Positions 45,307 through 54,854 of a stretch of DNA of 64,000 bases are shown piece after piece; the stretch's first letter is position 1; each line of letters begins with the position of its first letter. The translations under genes and the position numbers were made by a program. This DNA comes from a virus, in IMG/VR virus record IMGVR_UViG_3300035208_003482. One strand, 5' to 3'. Under the pieces are notes generated by a model. That model had not been told where the DNA came from. It did no database searches and saw only the letters and a list, made by a program, of their open reading frames with translations.

Positions 45307-45790
45307 TGGTTAATCATCCTTTTCATCATCTGGTACAACGGATGTTTATTAATCATCATCTTCTGTTTGTTCATCATTGCAGCTTTTACCGAATATCGTT
45401 TTAAAGATACTAACGATTCCGGCCACAGCAATCCAGAACATAATCATAGTAATCAATGGATGTTCAAGAGCAAATTGTAACATGTTATTTATCTCCAAGG
45501 ATCGATCTTCCAATCAATCTCTTCAATTAGTTCATTCTTACGTAGAAGCCACCACTTCTTAATGCGTAACCATTTCGCAAATCTGCGGAGCTTCTTTACA
45601 GAGCATTGCGGGAGAGATTGTATTAGAGTTTTCAACTAACCCCAATAATCTCCATACTTGGAATCAGCAAGTTCTTGAGCTTCTCTTTTTGAAAGACCAT
45701 ACTTATCTTGAAGCTCTCTGTAGCTTTCCTCTCGGATAGAGTCTGGAGTATGCTTGTGAGCGATATCTGAAATCAAACTTTCTTTCTCGT

Positions 45791-46054
45791 TCATTTGTTC
45801 TCTAACTCCAGTAAAGTGTCGGTGAGTTGCTGGATTGTATCACGCAATGCATTAACTTCTTGCTCAGCTAGATGAGCACGATTTTTATCATGATAACCCT
45901 GCCAGATCTTTGCCCATAACTTATCACCCATAGCTAATGCGCTGATGGCGGCTTTGGATCCTGACCTAGCCTCACGCGCAATATGATGACGCATAAGGGT
46001 AGGCCAGGTACCATTATCTAATGCTTCTAGGGTATCTCTGTAAGCACTTGACAT
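45791..46054 (-). CDS. Hypothetical protein
   Basis: ORF. Confidence 0.25.
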   Translation of the reverse strand: MSSAYRDTLEALDNGTWPTLMRHHIAREARSGSKAAISALAMGDKLWAKIWQGYHDKNRAHLAEQEVNALRDTIQQLTDTLLELENK

Positions 46055-46059
46055 TGTTA

Positions 46060-46509
46060 CTATAATCTATAGATTGGAGGATCTGCTCGCTCCCATTTAA
46101 TCTCCTGCTCACCTTTGTAATAGACCAGCTTGCCATCTTCGAATCCCCACTTCTCATATGACGCTCCGTCATAGATTGTTTCAAAGATGATGAACGATCC
46201 ATTTTCGACGTAAGGGGCTAGCTTCTGGAAGAATTCAAACTCTACTCCATCAACCCAGCCCTCACACTCTCTGTTGATTTTAGTAATCCCATCTTGGCGA
46301 GAAGCAAGAGCCCTCCAACCAATATTACTAACAACTTCTTTAATTGAGTCATCGTTTGGATAATGCTCAATAAGAAACTTGTCAACATTCTCTCTGGTGA
46401 CTTTGAACGTTCCGGATGTGTTGATACTATCTACGCCCATGTTATTACCCCTTAACGCAAACGATCTGTCGAAGCTCGTGTTGAATTTCAACAAGATCCT
46501 TTTGAGCAT
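46060..46509 (-). CDS. Hypothetical protein
   Basis: ORF. Confidence 0.25.
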   Translation of the reverse strand: MLKRILLKFNTSFDRSFALRGNNMGVDSINTSGTFKVTRENVDKFLIEHYPNDDSIKEVVSNIGWRALASRQDGITKINRECEGWVDGVEFEFFQKLAPYVENGSFIIFETIYDGASYEKWGFEDGKLVYYKGEQEIKWERADPPIYRL

Positions 46510-47686
46510 TCATTACGTCTTCGATATTTTTGTAAGCACCTGGAGTCTCATCAAGGACAGAAGAATCTTTCTTACACTCAATACCTTCCGTTGCTTTGAT
46601 ATGATCTTCAACAGTAAATGTTTTCATAGCTTGGGTTCTGCTCATCTTTCTACCAGCACCATGTGATGCAGATTTGTAAGCATCTTCATTACCCAAACCT
46701 TTAACAATATATGTCTTTGCACCCATGCTCCCAGGAATTATAGCGAGCCTGCCAAGGTCAGCATTAATTGCTCCCTTTCTAGTAATTAGAACATTTCTAC
46801 CAAAATGGTTTTCATAAGCAATATAGTTATGATGACAGCTAATTGTTTGAACATCACGTTCAAACTTCGGAACTAACTTACTCTTCTTAAGAGCTTTTAA
46901 ACCAAAGTCTCTCATTAACTCCCTGTTAATTTGAGCATATCTTTGCGCCCATTTGATACCTTGCATATAATCATTGAAGGCATCTGTTCCCTTTGGAAGA
47001 AAGGCCAGATCAACATCTGGTAATTCTATAAACCATCTTTTCATCTCACTTTTTGCTAAGTCAATGAAATATTGTCCGATTTTATTTCCAGGTCCACGGG
47101 ATCCTGAATGTAGAGATATCCCAACTCTATTAAGATCATCCACTACAATTTCATAGTAGTGATTATTACTTCCGAGTGTTCCTAACTGACTTATCGGATT
47201 TTTATGAGCAAGTTTTGGATGCTTCTTAACTAGGTCTTTGTATCCTGGTTCTAGTTCTTCCCAAGCAATACAAACCTCTGTTGGGATATTTCTCCAAGAA
47301 CCTTTGTCATTTTCTTCTTTTGGATAAAATCCATGAGGAATTGCATCCTCTAAAGCTTCCCTAATGGAAAGTAAATCTTTTGGTAGCATATCATATTTTA
47401 AAGTTGTCAATTCATAATCACACCCGCATCCAATGTCTACCCCGCAAGCTGCCGGAATTATTGCGTTTATTGTCGGAATTACAGATCCTATTGTTGCACC
47501 AATACCACAATGAGCATCAGGCATAACAGCAAGTCCATGAGGATCTATAAATGGAAGATTTGCAACATTATGAAGTTGCATTTCCGCTTGTTGTTCAATT
47601 TCAACTCCAAGCGTCCAACGTTTAATTGGTACCTTGGCACCGATTTGTTTTTCGATATTTCCATCTCTATAAACGTGATAGTTCAT
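46445..47686 (-). CDS. rtcB: RtcB-family RNA ligase (3'-phosphate/5'-OH RNA-splicing ligase)
   Basis: 'MPDAHCGIGATIGSVIPT', 'CGVDIGCGCD', 'HSGSRGPGNKIG', 'CHHNY', 'SHGAGR'. Confidence 0.85.
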   Translation of the reverse strand: MNYHVYRDGNIEKQIGAKVPIKRWTLGVEIEQQAEMQLHNVANLPFIDPHGLAVMPDAHCGIGATIGSVIPTINAIIPAACGVDIGCGCDYELTTLKYDMLPKDLLSIREALEDAIPHGFYPKEENDKGSWRNIPTEVCIAWEELEPGYKDLVKKHPKLAHKNPISQLGTLGSNNHYYEIVVDDLNRVGISLHSGSRGPGNKIGQYFIDLAKSEMKRWFIELPDVDLAFLPKGTDAFNDYMQGIKWAQRYAQINRELMRDFGLKALKKSKLVPKFERDVQTISCHHNYIAYENHFGRNVLITRKGAINADLGRLAIIPGSMGAKTYIVKGLGNEDAYKSASHGAGRKMSRTQAMKTFTVEDHIKATEGIECKKDSSVLDETPGAYKNIEDVMNAQKDLVEIQHELRQIVCVKG

Positions 47687-47730
47687 AATTTCCTCACAAT
47701 GGTGCGCTGTACCTGTTATATTGTAACTTT

Positions 47731-48507
47731 ATGGATGGTTATTTCAAAACACAAGAATGTTTAGAATATTTTTGCGGGTTAGTCATTTCTGATGGTCATA
47801 TGAGGAAAAGTACCAGAAACAGAGGTTGTGTAAGCATTGAATTGAAAGATACCGATTCTGACATTTTAAGTAAGTTAAAGAATGAAATTCTTGTAAATTC
47901 AACATTAAGAAATCGTACAAGATCTTCAAACTTTTCAAATTCATTTTCCAGTAGAACTCTTAATGTTTTTGATAAAGGATTTAGAGATTTTATCGAAACT
48001 CTTGGAGTTCCTTATGGAAAGAAAAATGATGTCATTATTCCTGAATGGTTTAAGTTCAACTCCAATTTTTGGAGAGGTATGATTGATGGTGATGGATCGT
48101 TGGGTTTAGTAAAAAAAGGATATTGTTTCGTATCTTTGATAACAAAAAGTGAAAGTGTTGCAACTTCTTATATGTCTCTTGTTTCTGGAATTATAGGTAG
48201 GTCTGTTAATGCAAATAGAAATAAACGAGATTCTGTTTATAACATAACCGTTTCAAATGAAGACGCTAAGAGATTGGTTAATTGGCTTAATTATTCTTCT
48301 GATTTATCTCTTAATCGTAAAAGGAACAAAGCAAAAGAAGTTCTAAGTTGGAAAAGGCCACATGGAATGAGAAGAGCTCATAGACAAAAACGATGGTCTA
48401 AACAAGAAGATGATTACATTTTATCTCACTCACTAAGTGATTCTGTTAACAATCTTAAAAGAACAGAGATGAGTATTAAGATGCGTCTGTGGCGTCTTAA
48501 GAACTAG
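47731..48507 (+). CDS. Free-standing LAGLIDADG homing endonuclease
   Basis: 'YFCGLVISDGHM', 'FWRGMIDGDGSL'. Opposite strand to the flanking genes. Confidence 0.55.
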   Translation: MDGYFKTQECLEYFCGLVISDGHMRKSTRNRGCVSIELKDTDSDILSKLKNEILVNSTLRNRTRSSNFSNSFSSRTLNVFDKGFRDFIETLGVPYGKKNDVIIPEWFKFNSNFWRGMIDGDGSLGLVKKGYCFVSLITKSESVATSYMSLVSGIIGRSVNANRNKRDSVYNITVSNEDAKRLVNWLNYSSDLSLNRKRNKAKEVLSWKRPHGMRRAHRQKRWSKQEDDYILSHSLSDSVNNLKRTEMSIKMRLWRLKN

Positions 48508-48815
48508 TTCACAATATCACCAAAGAAAGAACCATTACAACCAGTGCAATCAAAGATTTGTTCTGGTTGTAAATTGTTTACATCACCATCAACCGGCATT
48601 TGAATTACCGGTCCTTGTTCTAGTTTCGACCCACAATGCGGACAATTATACGTACCAGATGGCAGTCTCTCAACGGGGTTTCCAAGTTCCTCAGGATTAG
48701 AACTCTTAAAAAGTTCCTCTAGTTGTTTTGCAATTCCATCTCTCTGATCTTTTGGAAGGCTATCTAGAGCGCCATTTGCGAATATAACCTTCATTGGTTT
48801 TTTAGAATTGCTCAT
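48504..48815 (-). CDS. Hypothetical Zn-ribbon protein
   Basis: 'CPHCGS...CTGCNGS'. Confidence 0.25.
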   Translation of the reverse strand: MSNSKKPMKVIFANGALDSLPKDQRDGIAKQLEELFKSSNPEELGNPVERLPSGTYNCPHCGSKLEQGPVIQMPVDGDVNNLQPEQIFDCTGCNGSFFGDIVN

Positions 48816-49144
48816 TATCGTAACCTTTCAATCTCACCATAATCACCAATCGATATACTATCTTCTGGATGAATATTAAGAATTCTTTTTACAGCTGTTT
48901 CGGCATTTCCTATGTATTTATCAAACTGTTGTTGAAGAGATTTCTCTTTATCTTTGTATTCTTGTTTTATTTGACTCAAACGTCCGTCCCATCCAGGATC
49001 GTAAAAAGCTTGACTATACATTTCATGTGCGGATGAAGCACCCTCTGCCAGTGTTTCAAGCTGGATATCTGTTAGTGATAAATTGCAATCTTCAGCAGAT
49101 TGGGCAATACATTCTTTCCAATACTCTAAGTCACTCATTTTCAT
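48815..49144 (-). CDS. Hypothetical protein
   Basis: ORF. Confidence 0.25.
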   Translation of the reverse strand: MKMSDLEYWKECIAQSAEDCNLSLTDIQLETLAEGASSAHEMYSQAFYDPGWDGRLSQIKQEYKDKEKSLQQQFDKYIGNAETAVKRILNIHPEDSISIGDYGEIERLR

Positions 49145-49475
49145 CCTTAATCACACCCGCATCAAAACGGTTGTTCCATGCATGACAAATCTCACACATC
49201 TCATCAATTACTTTACCATGAATAGGTTTACAACAATCAGCACAATAAACAATACCAAATAACTTATCTAAGTCTTCTGATATTTCAATTGTAAAGATTT
49301 CATCACCACAAGTAGTACAAGTAGGAATTTTGAAGTCAGCGGGAATAGGAAGGTGATGCCCCTTTACAATTTCGTATGTACGCCCTTCGCGTGCAACCAA
49401 TTCTATTTGGCCGCCGCATTCGAGACATCTAGGAAAAAACACTGGAATTTTTACCATGCGGAAGCATCGTACCAC
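49131..49475 (-). CDS. Hypothetical Zn-ribbon protein
   Basis: 'CLECGG', 'CTTCGD', 'CADCC...CEICH'. Confidence 0.25.
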   Translation of the reverse strand: MVRCFRMVKIPVFFPRCLECGGQIELVAREGRTYEIVKGHHLPIPADFKIPTCTTCGDEIFTIEISEDLDKLFGIVYCADCCKPIHGKVIDEMCEICHAWNNRFDAGVIKDENE

Positions 49476-49543
49476 AAAGAAAATCCCCAGTCAACACTTT
49501 TCGACTAGGGACTTCTGTCTTGACACTTATAGTTGTCTGGTCA

Positions 49544-49957
49544 TTAATATGGTTGAATATTTTCCAAGTCTGTAATTGGCTCTCTTTCATTTGAAAGCCG
49601 CTCGATAACTTCGATTAGATCTTGTTGTCCATTCTTAACTGCTCGCTCTATACATTCTTCTTTGGGTGTAAAGAATTCAATATATTTACACAACCATAAT
49701 TCTGACTTCCATTCTTTACGTCTAGATTTTGTTAAACAAGTTGAGTCAAGAATAACAGTATCATGTCCCGCATAAAATAATGCCCTTATCATTACCTTAG
49801 CAGTTAGGATAATAAAAGGCTCCATTACTTGGTTTCGTTTATCTCCATGTAATGCTAGCCTAATACTATCAAGAGATACAATTGGAAGACCCTGTGTTTT
49901 AGTCCAAGTGGATTTACCAGAACGAGGTAAACCAACTGTCATTATTAGAGTTTTCAT
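49544..49957 (-). CDS. P-loop kinase (polynucleotide kinase-like kinase domain)
   Basis: 'TVGLPRSGKSTW' Walker A. About 137 aa. Confidence 0.4.
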   Translation of the reverse strand: MKTLIMTVGLPRSGKSTWTKTQGLPIVSLDSIRLALHGDKRNQVMEPFIILTAKVMIRALFYAGHDTVILDSTCLTKSRRKEWKSELWLCKYIEFFTPKEECIERAVKNGQQDLIEVIERLSNEREPITDLENIQPY

Positions 49958-49958
49958 G

Positions 49959-50204
49959 TTACTTATCTTCTTTTTGCCAATCCATTACTCTTCTAACTTC
50001 AGTATCAAACTTTTCATAAGCTTGACGTGATGTTTCTACTCCAGGAAGTAATGTTTCTTTTCCAGTAGAGAAGAATTTAATACTACACGTTCGTTCGTTT
50101 TTAGTTACAACTATTCTTAGATGCTTAGCCCCACCCTTTGTTGTTAACCTTATCTTATCTTTGTATTCATTAATATCAGTAATATTTTTCATATTCATTA
50201 CCAA
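49959..50204 (-). CDS. Hypothetical protein
   Basis: ORF. Confidence 0.2.
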   Translation of the reverse strand: MVMNMKNITDINEYKDKIRLTTKGGAKHLRIVVTKNERTCSIKFFSTGKETLLPGVETSRQAYEKFDTEVRRVMDWQKEDK

Positions 50205-50731
50205 TCAACGTGCTCCCCTGTTAAACCAAAAACAACTTTACCATTGTACTTGGCAGTTATGTCTTTGAACTTTTCCTTAGCTTCAGCCAGGTCATTCTGG
50301 ATTTGTTGTAGGTCAAACTCTTTTACGAATGGTCTATAGTAATTATAATCTCCAAGAGTTATGTATTCTTTAACAATAAAGACCCAGTTACAATCATCTT
50401 CAATAAAGCCTTCGCCGATAGAATCTTCTCCGAAGGTAACATGATTTTCGATTCCAAGTTCCTTCATCTCGGCTCGAACATCCGGAATCGGAACTGTTTG
50501 TTCCTGATTGTCACCTCTATAGTTTTTTGGAGATTCTGTGACTTCTATGTACTTTCCACCACAATGTGAGCAGAACTCACCATATCCATTCTGTAACCTT
50601 CCACATTTATCACATTTATTAAATGTAGCCATGAGAGGTTCTTTCTTAGAACCAGTCACAGGAATAACCACTAAGATTCCTAGAACCTGGGAATCAACAT
50701 TTACTGTACTGATTACATCATAGTATTGCAT
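50198..50731 (-). CDS. Hypothetical Zn-ribbon protein
   Basis: 'CDKCGRL...CSHCGG'. Confidence 0.25.
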   Translation of the reverse strand: MQYYDVISTVNVDSQVLGILVVIPVTGSKKEPLMATFNKCDKCGRLQNGYGEFCSHCGGKYIEVTESPKNYRGDNQEQTVPIPDVRAEMKELGIENHVTFGEDSIGEGFIEDDCNWVFIVKEYITLGDYNYYRPFVKEFDLQQIQNDLAEAKEKFKDITAKYNGKVVFGLTGEHVDW

Positions 50732-50737
50732 AAAATA

Positions 50738-50989
50738 CTAATCTTCCCATCTAATTTCAACGTTCGAATCATCTCTACTATGAAACTCTTTAACGGTAAG
50801 ACCTTCCTCTACTAGAAGTCTCCAAGCTTCTGCAGGAATTTCTTCTTTCGAAACGGTGATTTTCTGCTCACCTTTCTTAGCAGCTTCCTTACAGAGCTGA
50901 GAAAGTTTTTTGAAACAAAATATACCATGCTCATTAAGCATCGTTCTATGTGCAGCATTCAGTAATAGAAGTTCATCTTTAAGTCCCAT
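50738..50989 (-). CDS. Hypothetical protein
   Basis: ORF. Confidence 0.2.
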   Translation of the reverse strand: MGLKDELLLLNAAHRTMLNEHGIFCFKKLSQLCKEAAKKGEQKITVSKEEIPAEAWRLLVEEGLTVKEFHSRDDSNVEIRWED

Positions 50990-51221
50990 AGTATTCCTCT
51001 TTTATCTCTGTATCATTAGGTGATGTAACTGTTACATTTGCATGATAATCAGTATATGTATCAAGATCAGAATCCTCTTCGGAATAATAGATATCTACAT
51101 TTACTTTATCAGTGTCAGCAATTGCGGCAACATTTCGAACATGAGCTTCAATGATTTGTTTAATCTCTTTGATGTCAAGTCTAATTGATGTTGTCTTAGT
51201 AATGGTTTTAGTTATTTTCAT
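50979..51221 (-). CDS. Hypothetical protein
   Basis: ORF. Confidence 0.2.
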   Translation of the reverse strand: MKITKTITKTTSIRLDIKEIKQIIEAHVRNVAAIADTDKVNVDIYYSEEDSDLDTYTDYHANVTVTSPNDTEIKEEYYGT

Positions 51222-51316
51222 ATAGCTTTTACCAAAGAAATAATAATATCTAGCGCCTCATAAAGCTCAGATGGTTCTTTCTTGCAAAGAACATCTCTGG
51301 TCTTTGTTTTATGTTC

Positions 51317-51790
51317 TCAAGCGCTTGTGCTAATTGCAAAATGAATCTGCTTCGCTATGATTTGTTTAGCCTTTTTAATGTGCTCTTCTAACAGACCAGT
51401 CTCGAAACTTGTCTTAACAAGCATGTCTTGAACTGTACTCATGTCATCGTCATCATCGAGGATTACAAAAGCATCAACATGAATCTGTCTAAGCCAAAGT
51501 TCGATCTCATCTCCTCTTTGGCCTTTTGTTTCAGAAGACGTTGCACCAATAATACGCTCAGGGTATTTGAACCCAACCTTCTCAAGTGCATTTTGTAGCC
51601 AGAATATTGGATGACCAATACGCCAAGAAGAAGAAATCACAACACTAGCATTGGTTTCTTCTAGTAGTTTATTGAGAATCTGTACACGCTCAGGATCAAT
51701 TTCCAATCCAGGATTCTTTAGAAGAAAACTCTGACTATTCAGAACGCCATCTATATCTAAAAAACAAATAATAGTTTTTACGTTTAACAT
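51317..51790 (-). CDS. HAD-superfamily phosphatase (Pnk 3'-phosphatase-like)
   Basis: 'ICFLDIDGVLN' DxDG motif I. Small size typical of Pnk-type phosphatases. Confidence 0.45.
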   Translation of the reverse strand: MLNVKTIICFLDIDGVLNSQSFLLKNPGLEIDPERVQILNKLLEETNASVVISSSWRIGHPIFWLQNALEKVGFKYPERIIGATSSETKGQRGDEIELWLRQIHVDAFVILDDDDDMSTVQDMLVKTSFETGLLEEHIKKAKQIIAKQIHFAISTSA

Positions 51791-51847
51791 GTTAACTTAC
51801 ATTACCAGAGAAAATATCTGCGCTAAGTTCTGTTATTTGAATATCTT

Positions 51848-52336
51848 TTAAGGAGAAATAGAGTCAGAATAAGAACGGCGTTTGTAAATAGTTTCTGCAC
51901 CTTTGCGAATTTTGGGATTCAACTTAGAGATTTGAATCTCTTCATGTCCTGGTCTTGATGTGAAAATAGTAAAAAAGATTCCACGAACAAGGTCGAGCTT
52001 GGCAAGTCCGACAGCTTCTCCTACATAATAAGTTCGTCCATTCTGATCGACCATCGGATAAAGATCAACACTAATCCTAGATTTATTCATGTATAGATCA
52101 TCATCTGTTTTTGATCTTCGAGATGTTGTAAGAGGTGCAATTTGCAACTCTTCTTGGCCATCTTCTGAAAGAAATATAAAGAAAGAAACTCCGCACTCAA
52201 ATTTTAATGTACCAGGAAATTGCAGTTTACCAATATAGTAAGGTTGATCATTTGCGTCTCTAGCAATCTTCTTAAGATCAACACGCGTCTTTGCCTCAGG
52301 ATCAATGTAGATATCGTCTTCCATTTTAAGTACCAT
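51848..52336 (-). CDS. Hypothetical protein
   Basis: ORF. Confidence 0.25.
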   Translation of the reverse strand: MVLKMEDDIYIDPEAKTRVDLKKIARDANDQPYYIGKLQFPGTLKFECGVSFFIFLSEDGQEELQIAPLTTSRRSKTDDDLYMNKSRISVDLYPMVDQNGRTYYVGEAVGLAKLDLVRGIFFTIFTSRPGHEEIQISKLNPKIRKGAETIYKRRSYSDSISP

Positions 52337-52679
52337 TATCTTTCTTATTGGGCTTGATAAGCCCTAAAAGCTTCTGTAACGATTCAGGATCAACACTTCC
52401 AATAACATCCCCATTGGGATATATTAGCCTAATATTTATAGGTATTTCATCTTTAGAGACACCACCATTTCTTCCAACTTTGATTTTGTAACCCTTGATA
52501 TGACCATCTCGGATTAGTTCTGACATCTCTTTTGAAAAACGATACTTCTCAATATCCGTCTTCAATCTTTGATTGAAAGAATTATAGATGGTTGCTTTTG
52601 GGATTGTTAATCCGTCTACACAAACATCTTGTAGAACATTCTTTAATATCTCAATGTGATCCTTTAAGTGTGTCATCAT
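52326..52679 (-). CDS. Hypothetical protein
   Basis: ORF. Confidence 0.25.
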   Translation of the reverse strand: MMTHLKDHIEILKNVLQDVCVDGLTIPKATIYNSFNQRLKTDIEKYRFSKEMSELIRDGHIKGYKIKVGRNGGVSKDEIPINIRLIYPNGDVIGSVDPESLQKLLGLIKPNKKDNGT

Positions 52680-53520
52680 AATCGCGTTCCGGTCGAAAGA
52701 TATCTGACCCAGTAGTAATGATTGTATTCAACCATTCCTTTGAATCGTTAAACAAAGGAACACTGAAGTCAGAGATCCATTTATGTCGAGTTACTTGTCC
52801 TTGTGCTGTTGGATAGAAAGCTGGAGCAAGATAGGTTGCTGAACCATGACGAAATGCGCTGGGCAAGGAATCGAATTCAAACCCGGCCTCATCTAGGATT
52901 TGTCTTCTATCATTCATATCCTTATCTTCTAGTATTGAATATGTCTGATTTCCATAACGGTTCCAAAGAACAGATCTAACGGCTTCATCTACAGCATTTT
53001 GAATACATCTAAACTGTCTGTAAAGTAGATAGTTAATTGTCTCCTTAATTGATGGTACACCAAATGCGTGAGCTGAAAATGTGACAGAGCCATCTAAGTC
53101 TGGTGGGTTATTCATTTCCCACATATGAGTCATGAATTCATATGTTGCCATTGACGCGGCTGACGAAGACATCTTTTGAGTGTTGTTTCCAAACCATGGC
53201 GTCTCATCTGCAGAACGATCATTTCGAAGAACTAAAATGATCTTATCACTGTACTGGTAACCAAATATTACACCATCTATTTGTTTAGCTAAAGATACCA
53301 TAGTACTGTTAAATAGTAACATAGTTCTCTGACAGAATGGTTTTGGTATGTTTTTAGTTACACGAGTGAAAGACCTTCCATCTATTTTTATGATGACAGG
53401 AATTCTACTAATGATTGTTTGGTTGTAAGAACTCTCGTAAGCTAACTGTCTGTGTTGTAACGATTGAGCCATGTTTCTCCATGACTCCAAATCCAAATGG
53501 AACGTAGGAGCCTTACGCAT
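52651..53520 (-). CDS. Thg1-like protein (tRNA 3'-5' nucleotidyltransferase family)
   Basis: 'VIIKIDGRSFTRVTKNIPKPFCQRTMLLFNSTMVSLAKQIDGVIFGYQYSDKIILVL' parallels the Thg1 core '...VRLDGRNFHRF...KPND...AYGQSDEYSFVF'. Confidence 0.55.
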   Translation of the reverse strand: MRKAPTFHLDLESWRNMAQSLQHRQLAYESSYNQTIISRIPVIIKIDGRSFTRVTKNIPKPFCQRTMLLFNSTMVSLAKQIDGVIFGYQYSDKIILVLRNDRSADETPWFGNNTQKMSSSAASMATYEFMTHMWEMNNPPDLDGSVTFSAHAFGVPSIKETINYLLYRQFRCIQNAVDEAVRSVLWNRYGNQTYSILEDKDMNDRRQILDEAGFEFDSLPSAFRHGSATYLAPAFYPTAQGQVTRHKWISDFSVPLFNDSKEWLNTIITTGSDIFRPERDYDDTLKGSH

Positions 53521-53614
53521 TTAATATAGCACCTACCACCATGGCATAACGTACCGAGATTGTCAAGAGCTGGCGTAACCGCAATTTTCCAATATGATTC
53601 AGATAGATAAGATA

Positions 53615-54829
53615 CTACCATCTTCCGATATCAATCGTAAGACCAACATCCTGAGCCCAACTCAACATGTACTTGTACTCTTCAGAATCATACATCCTAT
53701 TGTATCTCCCTCTAGCCTGTACAATTCTTCTCTGAAGATTTCTAACCTCGATAGTGATCATTTTCTCACCATTACGAGACATACTCCAAATAGATGTTTG
53801 GCCAGATGAAATGCTTCGGCCATAAGATGCTACGCAGTGATGATGAGTAGAACCCTCTTTGTGAAGTTCTTTTGATGTAAGTATCTCTTCAATCCTCCAA
53901 ATCTCGTGAATGTGGCCTGTACGTTCTTTCTTGGTAACTTCCCAATGACCACATTTGAAACCAGAAGGTTTATAGTTACTCTCCTCGAAGTTTCGTTGTT
54001 TGGTTAACTCTCCGTGCCATTCGTTCATTCCTCGAATGACAGCAAGGACACTACGACCTTTCATTGAAAAGTCTTTGTCTTGGTTTTTGCGATACGCAAT
54101 ATAATCTAACAACGGTCCAAGCTGATTAAGATCAAGCATTGGATTTTTACATAACCAAGCAATTACAGAATCCCAAAACACTTCAGTTTCAGAAGAGTGC
54201 AGTGTTCTTCCAACATCACGAGACATCCAAGCTTGAAACAATCGGGCGCTACCACCGTGAGTTTCAAATTGAATTTGCCGCAATGCTTTCATGAAGTTTC
54301 GATCAGCTGGCGAGTTCAGGAACCTATGACATTGATTTCTATTCAGCGGCAAAGGAAAATCACCACTCTGACACATCTTTGCAAATGATTCTCCTGCGGC
54401 AATGCGCTGAACAATAGGACACAGAATATTAGCATTCTGTTCCCAGAATACGCTCCAGAGAAACTTTGGAACGGGATACTCTGCCCAAATATATTCAGCT
54501 AAAGAAATGAATTGAGTAAGCCGTCCTTTGCCCTGAGGAACCCAATCATAAATATCTTTCTTTGTTGACCTCGATAAAACCTTCACAGCTCCAAGGTATT
54601 CTTTGTCCAATAGTTTGGGAGCTTTGCTTTCAACAACATGAAAGAATGAAACGTTTTCACAATCAGGACTAAATCTTGATTTCTTTTTGTTGTCACGGGC
54701 AATCTGAATCTGAACATTCTGGTCTTTACGAACGGCGTCTAGGGCCTGCCTCTCTCGAAGCAAGGCCCTATGCGCTTTCCTATTTTCCCAAGACTCTTTT
54801 GCCGCCAATCGTTTGCTAAGTTTTGACAT
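53615..54829 (-). CDS. PcfJ-like protein
   Basis: C-terminal 'HHCVASYGRSISSGQTSIWSMSRNGEKMITIEV...IVQARGRYN' resembles the PcfJ-like domain. Confidence 0.4.
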   Translation of the reverse strand: MSKLSKRLAAKESWENRKAHRALLRERQALDAVRKDQNVQIQIARDNKKKSRFSPDCENVSFFHVVESKAPKLLDKEYLGAVKVLSRSTKKDIYDWVPQGKGRLTQFISLAEYIWAEYPVPKFLWSVFWEQNANILCPIVQRIAAGESFAKMCQSGDFPLPLNRNQCHRFLNSPADRNFMKALRQIQFETHGGSARLFQAWMSRDVGRTLHSSETEVFWDSVIAWLCKNPMLDLNQLGPLLDYIAYRKNQDKDFSMKGRSVLAVIRGMNEWHGELTKQRNFEESNYKPSGFKCGHWEVTKKERTGHIHEIWRIEEILTSKELHKEGSTHHHCVASYGRSISSGQTSIWSMSRNGEKMITIEVRNLQRRIVQARGRYNRMYDSEEYKYMLSWAQDVGLTIDIGRW

Positions 54830-54838
54830 ACTTACCTT

Positions 54839-54854
54839 GGCAGCAACCGCTGCC
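54839..54854. terminator. Short GC hairpin after the ligase stop
   Basis: 'GGCAGCAACCGCTGCC' followed by a T-rich stretch. Confidence 0.3.
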
